This document shows positions 46,469 to 56,952 of a stretch of DNA of 64,000 nucleotides, piece after piece. Position 1 is the first letter of the stretch. Each line of letters begins with the position of its first letter. Source of the stretch: Naegleria gruberi (taxonomy: Eukaryota). The notes below the pieces were generated by a model that saw only the letters and a list, made by a program, of their open reading frames with translations, did no database searches and was not told where the DNA came from. A program made the translations under genes and the position numbers. Location: assembly GCA_000004985.1 (NCBI GenBank), contig GG738893.1; one strand, given 5' to 3'.

Positions 46469-47680
46469 CTAACTAAGAATATCACCAACAGCTTTATAAC
46501 AATAAAATTCATATTTCAAAAACTCAAACGAGCCATCTCTTATTCCCAACGCCAAACAACTCGAATTAATTTCCTCTCCATCAGTCACTCCTCTATAATG
46601 CAACTCTTCCTTCATGAAACAAGTATAAACATGATTGAATTGTTGATTCTTGAGCAACTTTTCAAATTCCACTTCAACGCCATCGTGAGCTGTTTGATGT
46701 GGACAGCAATCAGCAATATTTGAATGGAATGATAATTGATGAGGAGCAGAATATTCAGAATGCAAATAGATCAGTAAATTGAAAAGTGCTTCCTTTGCAA
46801 AATTAACTTTCAAAACTCCAGATTTGTGACAATTAACTACAAAATCATTAATCCATTGATTGAAATTTTGAGTAATTTCGTTTGGAACTTGTTTTTCAAT
46901 TTCAACATCAACTTCATTGTAATCAAAATCATCAAAACCTGTAACAATGTGTGAGGAATCAATGAAATCTAACTTGAAAGAAGTTATCTTTCTGATATTT
47001 CTAACAATATCATGTTGATAAGTTCCAAAAAAATCATTCGATTCTACATAAACTCTACAACTTTCATTGTAATAAATCTTTTCCAAATCCTTTACAATTT
47101 TTTCATCAATTTTTTCAACAATTCCATTGATTAAGAAATGATTCTTGAAAGAGGTTGGACTTTCTTCTTTCTTTTCATTCGAAACATGACTAATCAGAAG
47201 TGGAAAGAATAAGAAATCTTCATAACTAAACCGAAAACGTTTCTGACACCAAATCAGCTCCATATCCATTCCAATTAATTTAGCCAACTCGTAAATTACA
47301 CCTTTGGCCTTCAATTGCTTTGGAACTTGATCAAAATTTTGTGGTTTTTCAAGTAAAATTTTGCCAAATGTCAAAACATTTTTCTTCATTGGACGTCCTA
47401 CTTCAAACTCGAATAACTTCTCAGTTAGACAAGATTCAATAGAATAATAAGCTTTTGATAGATAGTATAGCATGGAAACCTCATGAATATTGATAGGTTT
47501 CGGAAAATCTTGTTCGAAATCTTTCACAATTGGCTGAAGGAAAATATTTAAATTTTGTTCGATCAGGAATTTCCATTCCTTGTTCACGAGAGTGAATTTT
47601 AGGATATCTTTCAGGGTGGAATAGTCGAATAGGATGGAGAGGAAGGTGTCGATGTGGTGTGTGAGCGGATGTTGTGTCAT
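46469..47680 (-). CDS. Hypothetical protein with an F-box-like N-terminus (403 aa)
   Basis: ATG at 47680. N-terminal FLSILFDYSTLKDILKFTLVNKEWKFLI. No other recognised domain. Confidence 0.45.
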   Translation of the reverse strand: MTQHPLTHHIDTFLSILFDYSTLKDILKFTLVNKEWKFLIEQNLNIFLQPIVKDFEQDFPKPINIHEVSMLYYLSKAYYSIESCLTEKLFEFEVGRPMKKNVLTFGKILLEKPQNFDQVPKQLKAKGVIYELAKLIGMDMELIWCQKRFRFSYEDFLFFPLLISHVSNEKKEESPTSFKNHFLINGIVEKIDEKIVKDLEKIYYNESCRVYVESNDFFGTYQHDIVRNIRKITSFKLDFIDSSHIVTGFDDFDYNEVDVEIEKQVPNEITQNFNQWINDFVVNCHKSGVLKVNFAKEALFNLLIYLHSEYSAPHQLSFHSNIADCCPHQTAHDGVEVEFEKLLKNQQFNHVYTCFMKEELHYRGVTDGEEINSSCLALGIRDGSFEFLKYEFYCYKAVGDILS

Positions 47681-47761
47681 TTGCTATTTTTTTAGTTTCG
47701 AATAAAGTTTTATTTTTAATGAAAGTGTGAAACAGTGTTACATTCGGCTAAATTGAAAAGT

Positions 47762-49066
47762 TTACAATTTGATAATATCAGATTCTAAAATTTTCTTATA
47801 TCCTCCAACAGTTTGTTGTGAACTTTCACTATTCGAATCTTTTGATAATTGTGAAATTGGATTTTCCGTCTTTTCAAAAACAAATGTCGTGTACAACTTG
47901 ACAACTGTCCAAAAATCCTCATTCATATCTCGAACATTTAATCTTGGACGACTATTCTCAGTTTCTCTATTATTTCTGTATTTTTCATAAAAATCATAAA
48001 AATTCAAATTCTCAACCAATGAAAGATTGAATTCCTTGGCCATTTCTATAAATATTTGAGGGTTGACTAGATATTCAGGACATGGATCGACGGCATCTTC
48101 CAATTGGAATGTATAGCAATTTCCAAATGGTTCCTCAAATGATTTGTCATCAGAACATTGAAAATTAGCTTGAAATACTGAATTTTTCAATGTCTTTCCC
48201 TCAACTTTCTTTAACATGCTTTGTAAAACGTTGGAATCAAGTGTGGTGACGATGAATTTGCCTCCCTTCTTCAATCTACTGGTGGCATTTTGCAATGCAG
48301 TTTTAACATGTTCCTTACTTTGAAAAAAGTAGTGGAAGGCAAATTGACATGAAACTGTATCAAATTCCACATTGGAATCAAGTGCACTTTCAATTGACAC
48401 TTTCCCAACATCTGCATGAATTAATTTGGCAGGAAACTTCAAATCTCTTCCTCCATTATATCTTTCACTCAAACTCACCAATGAATTGAATGAAATATCA
48501 ACTCCTACATAATTCTTAATATTTCTAAAACTGAATTTGAATAAATCACCTCCCTTTCCACAACACAAATCCAAAACAGTGCACTCATTCGGAACATATT
48601 TGTAAATCAAAACTCCTTTCAGCCAATTATTAAAATCCTTAATTGGTTTAATTGGTGAATTGTTTCTTTCTTCCCTCGATTGATTCTTCCTCTGATCATA
48701 CATCTCCTCCGGTGTAAATGTTCTATTATTGTAATTCCTATTATTACTATCACGATGATGATAATTACGATTATTGTTGTTATTATTATTGTAATATCTA
48801 TTATTATTATTATTATTTGAATGATAACGTTCTTGTTGTTTATATTGTTTTTGAATTCCTCTTGATTCTCTATTATATGATGATGATGATGAATTATCAT
48901 CTCTATCATTCATTCTCCTATTATTATTATTGTTATTATTATTTTGATGATGATGAGAATTGGAAACATGATCATTCCGATATTCTCTTCTCCTCTCTGT
49001 ATTGTTATTGTTGTTGTTGTTGTTGTTATTACTGTGATGATGAGAGGCTGAGTCTTGTGCTGGCAT
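47762..49066 (-). CDS. mRNA cap guanine-N7 methyltransferase (ABD1/RNMT family) with an Asn/Arg-rich low-complexity N-terminus
   Basis: SAM-binding motif VLDLCCGKGGDLFKF, followed by YVGVDIS, FDTVSCQFAFHYFF and GGKFIVTTLDSNVL. The N-terminal 120 aa are encoded by AAT/AAC microsatellite-like repeats. Confidence 0.8.
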   Translation of the reverse strand: MPAQDSASHHHSNNNNNNNNNNTERRREYRNDHVSNSHHHQNNNNNNNNRRMNDRDDNSSSSSYNRESRGIQKQYKQQERYHSNNNNNNRYYNNNNNNNRNYHHRDSNNRNYNNRTFTPEEMYDQRKNQSREERNNSPIKPIKDFNNWLKGVLIYKYVPNECTVLDLCCGKGGDLFKFSFRNIKNYVGVDISFNSLVSLSERYNGGRDLKFPAKLIHADVGKVSIESALDSNVEFDTVSCQFAFHYFFQSKEHVKTALQNATSRLKKGGKFIVTTLDSNVLQSMLKKVEGKTLKNSVFQANFQCSDDKSFEEPFGNCYTFQLEDAVDPCPEYLVNPQIFIEMAKEFNLSLVENLNFYDFYEKYRNNRETENSRPRLNVRDMNEDFWTVVKLYTTFVFEKTENPISQLSKDSNSESSQQTVGGYKKILESDIIKL

Positions 49067-49160
49067 TTTTTTTTAAATTGTTTGAACAAATATTATAAAG
49101 ATATTTAGGATAATTTTAAATCATGTAATATCATGTAATAACAACACTACAAAATATTAA

Positions 49161-50039
49161 AATTAAGGTGGCACTGTAGCTGACAATAAAAGGAAATTCG
49201 GTAAAAATTTTTGGTTAATTATTTTTTACAATTCTTGCTGAATGACGAAGTAATTTATTAAAGTTTGAGAGGTTCTCCTACACTCTCCTACAAATTTGGA
49301 GACTTGGTTAGAAGACAGCATCTTCTCTTATATGTGAATAGTTTATCCCTACTTTACTTTGCTTTACTTTTCACTCTCTTTAGAATAAATAATGAAATCC
49401 CAACATGATCCGATTGTTCTTCATCATCGTAACGGTAAAAAAATTAAAGTTTTAACCTTCTCCTACACTCCAGTAACAAAATTAAACATTGCAAAAAACA
49501 AGATATGGTCTAGATGTGTTGTTATGTTTGTACCAACTTTACTTTGCCTTCTTATTGTGTTTCCGTATTGAAAATAAGCAACTAAAAGTACTATCAAAAC
49601 CAATTAATTTTATTTTCGGATGTTCTACAAATTTTAAATGAAATTGCATCACGAAGTTCTCAACCATCAGATAGGATTCAACTGTTTCTGTAGCATGCAA
49701 AAGAGAATATTCTAAGAACAATACTGAATGTGTATGTAGATCACTGGTGTGGAAATTATGACAAGTGCTATGGAGAAAAAACAAGATGCTTGTTGTAAAA
49801 TTGACGAAAGAAGTGCATAGTTTCAGAAACACAATCAACAGAAATTAATTTCCGAAAAAGAAAGAAGAAGAAAATAGATCATGGTGTTTCATGTTCATGT
49901 ACTGCAAAAGTTGTCCTTGTAAATCAGCTCGTGTGTTGTGTGGCAATGATTGTCACAAAGGACAAACAAGATGTAAACTGTTTCGACTTGTTATTTTTTT
50001 TAAAATTTTGGTGAACAATGAACAATAGTGCCACCTTAA
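49161..50039. repeat. Pair of 13-nt inverted repeats (TTAAGGTGGCACT ... AGTGCCACCTTAA) about 860 bp apart, MITE/TIR-like
   Basis: Seen directly. The outer TA or TTAA could be a target-site duplication. The interior has only a short non-conserved ORF. Chance occurrence is not excluded. Confidence 0.3.
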
Positions 50040-50312
50040 GACATTATTCTTGGATAATTTTTCGAAACACACGAAAGAAAAGAATAAATGTTGAATGGAT
50101 TACCTGAAGCAGCCAATAATTTTATTGTTCATATTTGTTAGGTTGCATTTCCTTTTAGAGCGAATTGAGCTGAAAAAACGTGTTGTGGGTTCCTGGTTCA
50201 AGAAACCGTTTTGACGGCTGTGGCAGCTGACACGCGTTATTTTGATGTTGGCGTTTAAATCGTCATCAACAACATGCTGATTATTAAATAATAATAATTA
50301 TTGTTAATAATA

Positions 50313-50789
50313 TTAGTCTTCGTTGAGAATGAATTGAAGGCTCATTGGATAAAGTTTGTTAAATATTGGCAAGTGACGTATTTCAAAAAAGTATTGTGGC
50401 CATCTCTCTAATCCAAATCCATCCTTCAATTCGTAAAATCTTCGTTTCAGAGTAGATAAACTACAATCTAATTGTTTACATGCTTGAATTTGGGACAAGT
50501 GCAATACCTGTAACATTTCCTTCTCAGAAATTATTCTATTTCGTCTTGGTTTTGAAATTTTAGTTTCAACAAAATGTGAAGAACCATTAGAGGATATCTT
50601 TCTCCAACATGTAGTCATGAATTGAGCAGAACCAGAGCCATTAGTATTTGTCTTTCTTGTATCAACTTGAAAGGATGAAGAATTCAATTTCTTGTTTTTG
50701 TCTGAAGATGACCCAGAAGATGAACTTGACAAGTCAGAACTCTTGAAATTTGCCGTGCTAGTTGACTGACATGGGGTGGTTGAATGCAT
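50313..50789 (-). CDS. Small RWP-RK-like domain protein, copy 2 (158 aa)
   Basis: ISEKEMLQVLHLSQIQACKQLDCSLSTLKRRFYELKDGFGLERWPQYFFEIRHLPIFNKLYPMSLQFILNED. The N-terminus is Ser-rich. Confidence 0.75.
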   Translation of the reverse strand: MHSTTPCQSTSTANFKSSDLSSSSSGSSSDKNKKLNSSSFQVDTRKTNTNGSGSAQFMTTCWRKISSNGSSHFVETKISKPRRNRIISEKEMLQVLHLSQIQACKQLDCSLSTLKRRFYELKDGFGLERWPQYFFEIRHLPIFNKLYPMSLQFILNED

Positions 50790-51894
50790 TTTGATTTTGT
50801 GTTGTTGGTTTTTTTTGTGTTTTGATAATTTCTTCTTCTACACACAGCGTGTCTTTCCAAATTATGAAGCAGGAAGGCAACAATGAAGTGTCACACAAAT
50901 AACTGTCACATCTTCTACAACAGTAGAGCCTTCCTTTTAGAGAACCTATCCATGAAATTTGGAATTTTAACAAAGGCAACGAAATGAGATAAGCATGTTC
51001 GTGTGGTTTTCTTTGGGTAAGTGTTGAATTTAAACTCTCCTTTTAGGCCAACCAATCACTTGTGTTGACACTATTTGGGTTTTGATACGTTTTGATTTGG
51101 GCCTTGCTTGGCCACAAGTCCCTTATGGACCAATAACACTCATCTATTCTAGTACATTTAGGTAAATGTTAATATATTTAATGTTCAGAGCTGTTGTGAG
51201 AAGTTTTCTTCTTGTTTTTGTCGTTACCAAATGTACTCGGTAAATCATGATAGTGCCAAAATTACTCTGTAGAGAGGTGTTATTTCAACTGTTGAGATGA
51301 TTGTGTATTAGCAATATCAATTGTTCTTATCACTGATGAGAGTTCGGATGCATCTCCCGCATCAACAGAACTCCCTTTTCTCCCAACAAAATAGATTTAG
51401 CCATGGTAAATAAGAATCAGAATGTAATCAGGCTAAAAAACACTATTCTCACACCTTCGGCAATGAACTTTGCTCTTCTTGCCTTTTAAATTTGCTCTCA
51501 AAATCTTTACTATTTTCAAGCCTTCATAATGATCAAGACAACAACACGAAACCGTTCTCTATGCAATAATACATATATGTGTTCAAGAGAGAAATCAATA
51601 CAAAGGTTTTGAGGCTTTTTTATTAAGAATTTACAGTTTTCTTGGCGCCAAAAATTTTACTTTTAAATTAAACGTTTGAAAAAAATGGTGCGATGAATGA
51701 GAAGGAATTTTTGATCAAAATTCACGAAGGAGAAGTGCCATAGAGTTTGGTGTGAGATGATTGAATATGGGAGGTTTTATTTGATTTGATGCATTAATTT
51801 GAATAGCTGATCTATGATAATTATTTACAAGTGTATTAATAATTATTAGTAATTATTAATAATCAAAACATGAGTAAACATCATGATAATTTTT

Positions 51895-52473
51895 CTAATT
51901 GTTGAGAAGTTGTGGTTTTACATTTTCATCAGTTTGAATATTTGTGCTTTTGCTTCTGTACTCTGGATCGGCATATTTGAGCAAATTTAAAGTGGAACTA
52001 TTCAACTTTCTTGCTGGCTTTGAAATCCTATTGTTTGGTTTCAAGCTTTTCAGAACAAGTTGATGAGGACTGGAAGATTTCTTGATGAGGATTGGCTGGG
52101 TATTTAGTCTTGTGCTTATTAGAATTGGATTGGCTCTGTTAATGATTGTCCCATCATTAACATTATGTGTATTATTACTATTATTAAAGAAATCAATATG
52201 GCCCATCAACAGGTTCGTTTCATCTTGGAGAGGAGTTTGAATTGGATAATGCATTGCTAAATTATCGGAATGATGATATTGATCTCCTTCTTGTCCAAAT
52301 ACTTCATGTGCTTGTGGTGTTTGTTCTTGTGGAAAATATTCAACAACAATTTCTTCAACCTCTGATGAAGACAATGAATCTCTCGACCTGTTCATCACTA
52401 AAACACGTGTTGTATTTTTCTTTGGAAATGAAAACGATTGTTGACGGGCGCTAAAATACCAACAATCTTTCAA
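51895..52473 (-). CDS. Hypothetical Asn/Ser-rich protein (ORF only)
   Basis: ORF track only, with no motif recognised. It sits between two RWP-RK copies. Confidence 0.25.
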   Translation of the reverse strand: MKDCWYFSARQQSFSFPKKNTTRVLVMNRSRDSLSSSEVEEIVVEYFPQEQTPQAHEVFGQEGDQYHHSDNLAMHYPIQTPLQDETNLLMGHIDFFNNSNNTHNVNDGTIINRANPILISTRLNTQPILIKKSSSPHQLVLKSLKPNNRISKPARKLNSSTLNLLKYADPEYRSKSTNIQTDENVKPQLLNN

Positions 52474-52573
52474 TATGATTTAAAATAACAATATTTTTTG
52501 TTCCTACCCAAAAAAAGGTAAATTTGCTGTTGTCATAGAATGGAATGGAAATGGATTAATAGGTCGAATCTAT

Positions 52574-53206
52574 CTATTCCTCATCACTGTTGAGAATGAA
52601 TTGTAAATTCATTGGATAAATCTTTTTGAAAATTGGCAAGTGACGAATTTCAAAGAAATATTGAGGCCATCTTTCCAATCCAAAACCATCCTTCAATTCA
52701 TAGAATCTTCTCTTGAGTGTGGAAAGACTGCAATTAAGTTGTTTGCATGCCTTTTGTTGTGATAAATGCAAAACTCCAAGAATTTCCTTTTCAGAGATGA
52801 CTCTCTTCTTTTCCACTGAATTGAATGAATTCGTTTCCACAATATAATTAGCAAAAGTTGATGATGTGCATCTCCATTTGGTGATGGTAGGTGTTGTATT
52901 ATTAGATGAACCAACAGTAGGTAAGTTTCTATTACTGACATGTTGCCAAACATTTGCACTTAGATTCGATGCAGAGCTGCTGCTCTTAGGAGATCCACTG
53001 CTAACACTGCTCATACATGCATTATTGCTTCTAACACATTGTTGTGAATGAGAAGGATATTGAAATGTCTGATCTACCACATGCATGCCTTTCTGAACTA
53101 TCACATGTTTAGATATGCTCATTGCTGGCTGTTGTTCCAGCACAATGGTCAGCTTGTTTCCTGACATTTTCTTACTCTTTCCAATCTTGTTATTATTGCT
53201 ATTCAT
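52574..53206 (-). CDS. Small RWP-RK-like domain protein, copy 3 (210 aa)
   Basis: VISEKEILGVLHLSQQKACKQLNCSLSTLKRRFYELKDGFGLERWPQYFFEIRHLPIFKKIYPMNLQFILNSDEE. ATG at 53206. Confidence 0.75.
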   Translation of the reverse strand: MNSNNNKIGKSKKMSGNKLTIVLEQQPAMSISKHVIVQKGMHVVDQTFQYPSHSQQCVRSNNACMSSVSSGSPKSSSSASNLSANVWQHVSNRNLPTVGSSNNTTPTITKWRCTSSTFANYIVETNSFNSVEKKRVISEKEILGVLHLSQQKACKQLNCSLSTLKRRFYELKDGFGLERWPQYFFEIRHLPIFKKIYPMNLQFILNSDEE

Positions 53207-53924
53207 CTTGTTGCTATTTTTTTTTGAAAATTATTGAAAGAATTGATATTTGGATTTGTGTCATTTATATACGAATTAAGAAGCAAGAATCATCTCTGGT
53301 TTGATGTTTTTTTCTCTTTTTGCTCGAATGTCACTGAGAATCATGATCATAGTTTGTTCGAGATGAAACGAATAGAATGGACGAAAGAGATACGTAAGGA
53401 GATGGTGTTTCTAGTTTTGATATTCTTGATGAAACAGGAGAACTTTTCTGTCCCTTTCATGTAATACGTGTTCTTTTTGAAGAGTACGGTAACATGTCAA
53501 ACACAAGTGTTAAGGAGATTGTTTAATCTTTGGATTACATGTGATTAATGGCATTTCTAATCTAGTTGAGCATGTTCAGAAACAACTCATCTATCTTTGA
53601 AATCAAGCCCTAAATACTTCAGAGATGATGAAACATGATTTCAACCATATTGATCATTATTCAAGTCGTTTGACTTTTGACAATTATTGAATACTTTAAA
53701 AGGAATCATCAAGTTGACATTATGATGATTTAATCGATGGTGAACCTTTAGCTTATCCTTCAAAACAAACTTCAATAATAATCGAGTCCAGTAGTTTAGA
53801 AATTGAAAACACAGTTTGTATTTTTTTACTGATGAGATTACTTCAACACGACAAACTAATTCATTCCACATTAGTCAACCAAGGCAACCTCAATCAAATA
53901 AGACAAATATTTTGACATCTTTCT

Positions 53925-54308
53925 TCAATCATTCAAAATGAATTGCAAACTCATTGGGTAAATCTGTTGGAAAATTGGCAAATGTCGAATTTCATGAAAA
54001 TATGTCGGCCAACAATTTAATCCCAAGCCATCCTTCAGTTCGTAGAATCTTCTTTTCAAGGTGGATAAACTACAGCCGAGTTGTTTGGATGCTTGTTGTT
54101 GGGAGAGATGCAAAACCTTGATCATTTCTTTATTGGATATGATTCGATTTTTTGTTTTCTTTCGTTTATTTCCTTCAATGAATTTGTTACCAATAGAAAC
54201 TCGTTTGAGGACGAAAGAGAACTCATTTGAAGAATGAGTTGTCGATTTGGTTGGAGAAGGTTTCTTTTTCACTATTGAAGTAATTTCAGATGTTTCAATT
54301 CTTGACAT
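53925..54308 (-). CDS. Small RWP-RK-like domain protein, copy 4 (127 aa; variant CWP in place of RWP)
   Basis: IISNKEMIKVLHLSQQQASKQLGCSLSTLKRRFYELKDGLGLNCWPTYFHEIRHLPIFQQIYPMSLQFILND. Confidence 0.7.
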   Translation of the reverse strand: MSRIETSEITSIVKKKPSPTKSTTHSSNEFSFVLKRVSIGNKFIEGNKRKKTKNRIISNKEMIKVLHLSQQQASKQLGCSLSTLKRRFYELKDGLGLNCWPTYFHEIRHLPIFQQIYPMSLQFILND

Positions 54309-54424
54309 TTTGTTTGTTTTGCTTTCGTATACTTACTGTTAACATTTATATAGTACTGGATTGGTTGTAATCATGGGAGATTGAATATCATAATCAGGTG
54401 AGATAGTCTCGTCTCAATCCCAAA

Positions 54425-54600
54425 ATGGATATTTTTATTTTGATTAGTCTTGACAATTTTTGAGAATGAATTGAAAACTCATTCAATGATTTCTTCAAAT
54501 ATTGGAAAATTATGATAAGGGAGTTTCCAATTACCATTGATTTTATATACCATGATGATTGATGGTAACTTTTCAAGATAAAAACCTGCAACTTCTACAA
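54425..54600 (-). pseudogene. Degenerate remnant of an RWP-RK-like gene (C-terminal block only)
   Basis: The minus-strand translation gives ...NFPIFEEIIE*VFNSFSKIVK, recalling HLPIFKKIYPMSLQFILN, with a stop and a frame change. There is no upstream domain. Confidence 0.35.
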
Positions 54601-54653
54601 CAGAAATTGATCAAAGACAATAACTAATACATTTATTAGCACCAGCCTCGAAT

Positions 54654-55157
54654 TTATCTGTTATTCATCTTGTTTACCTCTTTATTTAAGTTGTTAATCT
54701 GATTTATAAGCACAGCGTTCTCATTCTTTAAGAGTTTAACTTCCTTTCTAAGACTAGTACATTCACCACAACAAACTGGCGAGATTGGAGTTTCCTTTTT
54801 CTTTGATTTGCCTGCTTTTTTATCACTACGTTTCTCTGCCAACAGAATTCCTTCTAAACTCCTTGCTTGTTCTTCCAAGGCCTGATTTTTAGTGATAATA
54901 TCTGAAAAGGAAGAATTGGTAGGAAGGAAAATCAATGGTGCATTCTCAGTACTAAGAGAAGAATTCACAAAGAAAGTTGGAATTGGTTTAGCCAAATCTT
55001 CATCAACTACATTCTCAAAAATTACCATATCACCAATGCAAACTGGTTTTTGCAACGGGTTATTAAATGGTGGCTCCAAATGAGAAGTTTCAGATAGGCT
55101 TTTAGGAGTGCAATCTAACAACTTTCCCTTCTGCAGGTCTTTGCTAACAATAAGCAT
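54654..55157 (-). CDS. Putative leucine-zipper (bZIP-like) protein, 167 aa from the ATG at 55157
   Basis: C-terminal heptad leucines LRKEVKL-LKNENAV-LINQINN-LNKEV are preceded by a basic stretch EKRSDKKAGKSKKK. The basic-region consensus is not canonical. Confidence 0.4.
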   Translation of the reverse strand: MLIVSKDLQKGKLLDCTPKSLSETSHLEPPFNNPLQKPVCIGDMVIFENVVDEDLAKPIPTFFVNSSLSTENAPLIFLPTNSSFSDIITKNQALEEQARSLEGILLAEKRSDKKAGKSKKKETPISPVCCGECTSLRKEVKLLKNENAVLINQINNLNKEVNKMNNR

Positions 55158-55437
55158 TTTCAGAAGTGAGGGATTTTTTTTTAATTTATTTTTCAAGGTG
55201 ATTACGGTTTGCGCGGGAAATGTTGGTCATGTGATAAAGCAACATTGGTGGAATCATTAAGCTTGAATTGTTGCTTGTGAAAGTAAGATTGCAAACATGA
55301 GTATTAAGGAAACTTCTTTTGATCTATTCCAATTCAATTTTTTCAACAAGTTTCCAATAAATCTATCCGAAATCAGCACTTGGAAATCAAATTAATGTTA
55401 AAATTGTTTAAAATACAATAATTTCGAATAGATTTTA

Positions 55438-56622
55438 TTACACAATTTGGTCATTTATACAATTCTTCCAATTTCCATTAAAGAAAAATGAAAAACTCTT
55501 TCTAAAACTCTTCTTGATATGTTTTCCAGTTGACTTGACTCCCTTATGATATTTCCAAATATATTCTTTCAAAGTTACCAAAATTGTACAAATAATAAAA
55601 AAGGCAAGAACTGAAGCCACAACCATCGAACAAGCAGCAATGATTGGATCATTTCTCTGTTGATCATAAATAGCATAAGTTGCCCATGAAAGAACTGCTG
55701 TATACGGAGCATCTCTTCTCCACCACAAAAAGATCATTCCAATAATCAAGACGATTGCCAAGAGTAAACAAGCCCAATTCGAATAGGACATTCCAAGGAG
55801 AATCTTATCAGTAGAAGGCCATGTGTAAGTAATGGCAATGGTAATATTCAAAGTTGTGGCAACAGTCAACCAACCCATATAAATACTAATCATTGGTTGA
55901 ATAATCCAATATTCCCACAAATTACATTCGGCATGATTCCACAACTTTCCCTTCGTATATAATTCACTCTTTTGAGGTTCCAAATAATTTACATTGACAC
56001 GTACGTACATGATTGCCAAGGTCAGTAACATTAAGGCAATGAACACAACTGCAGCCCATTGAGATCCATAATTTCCTCTCGCACTAAAATGAAATGGAAA
56101 GAACCAAATAATATTCAATAAAAAATTCAAAGGAAGGAAAATTGTCATTTTGTGGTTGATTAAAATATTATCTCGACCGAAAAGTAAACTTTGGATAAAG
56201 TTAATGACGACTACGGCTGCTACGAAGGTGTAGATGAGACCCCAGATGGAGAATGCCCATCCTTTTGGTGTGAATGGTGTGAAATATTCAGTAGAAATGT
56301 CAGATGTCTTGATGCCATTAATGATATTTCCAGCACTTGACAGAATATTCATAATTACCAAACCAATAAAGAAGATTGTGTTCAGAATTGGAATTAATCT
56401 CACTCTGACCTTCTTATAAATTGGTGAATGTTTTTCTGAATGTGTTTCTTTCAGTAAGAATGTTGGAGTTTCGTAATAAATATTCGATTCCTTATATTGT
56501 TTCTCGTCAGTCTTTGAAGAGCCAGAAGTTGTCGACCTTTCACTATTCACTTCTGCATTCACTGTCTTTTCGTTGGCTTCAGAATTTTGCACTGCTTGTG
56601 GTGGTGAAATCTTTTGAGTCAT
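55438..56622 (-). CDS. TspO/MBR (translocator protein)-domain membrane protein with an N-terminal extension (394 aa)
   Basis: TPKGWAFSIWGLIYTF matches the TSPO motif P.W.F..VW..LY. WEYWIIQPMISIYMGWLTVATTLNITIAI matches TSPO TM5 (Y..WL.FATTLN). There are several additional TM helices. Confidence 0.55.
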   Translation of the reverse strand: MTQKISPPQAVQNSEANEKTVNAEVNSERSTTSGSSKTDEKQYKESNIYYETPTFLLKETHSEKHSPIYKKVRVRLIPILNTIFFIGLVIMNILSSAGNIINGIKTSDISTEYFTPFTPKGWAFSIWGLIYTFVAAVVVINFIQSLLFGRDNILINHKMTIFLPLNFLLNIIWFFPFHFSARGNYGSQWAAVVFIALMLLTLAIMYVRVNVNYLEPQKSELYTKGKLWNHAECNLWEYWIIQPMISIYMGWLTVATTLNITIAITYTWPSTDKILLGMSYSNWACLLLAIVLIIGMIFLWWRRDAPYTAVLSWATYAIYDQQRNDPIIAACSMVVASVLAFFIICTILVTLKEYIWKYHKGVKSTGKHIKKSFRKSFSFFFNGNWKNCINDQIV

Positions 56623-56952
56623 TTCTTACAATATACACTATTTTAAAGAGATATTAATTTGTTATAAGGTGAATTTCAAAATGTTGTTGAGATTTTGATG
56701 TTTGCTTATTTTTTTCTAACTGGTTTTTAAGGATCTCCATTGAAATAACAATTGTGTTCAGTAAAAATCAGCGAAATCTCAAGATTCGAGATTATACTTG
56801 AAGTTGTACTTGAGGTTGAAGAGATTTTTCTTATACTTGAAGAGATTTACATATTCATCTTTGGTTTGGTCATGGATAAGATGTTGTTTTCAAGTGCTTT
56901 ATTGTGAGTATCAAGTGCGAATTGTAGCGTTTCCTCTTCCATTGTAATATTC

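Noticed and set aside
48619-49098. ORFs 48619-48909 (-) and 48718-49098 (+), rich in I/Y/N/C repeats
   Set aside because: They are alternative-frame or antisense translations of the AAT/ATT microsatellite-like region encoding the Asn-rich N-terminus of the cap methyltransferase.
50160-50270. Locally GC-rich 110-nt patch with a CAGCTG/ACGCGT palindrome, considered as a possible snRNA
   Set aside because: No match to conserved snRNA cores (U1, U2, U4, U5, U6). It lies in the expected 3' UTR of the RWP-RK gene 50313-50789 (-).
51331-51375. Hammerhead-ribozyme-like CTGATGAG motif followed by a 5-bp stem (GATGC/GCATC)
   Set aside because: After stem II the required GAAA and stem III/cleavage-site geometry are absent (AACAGAAC). 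A 7-mer match is expected by chance about once per 16 kb.
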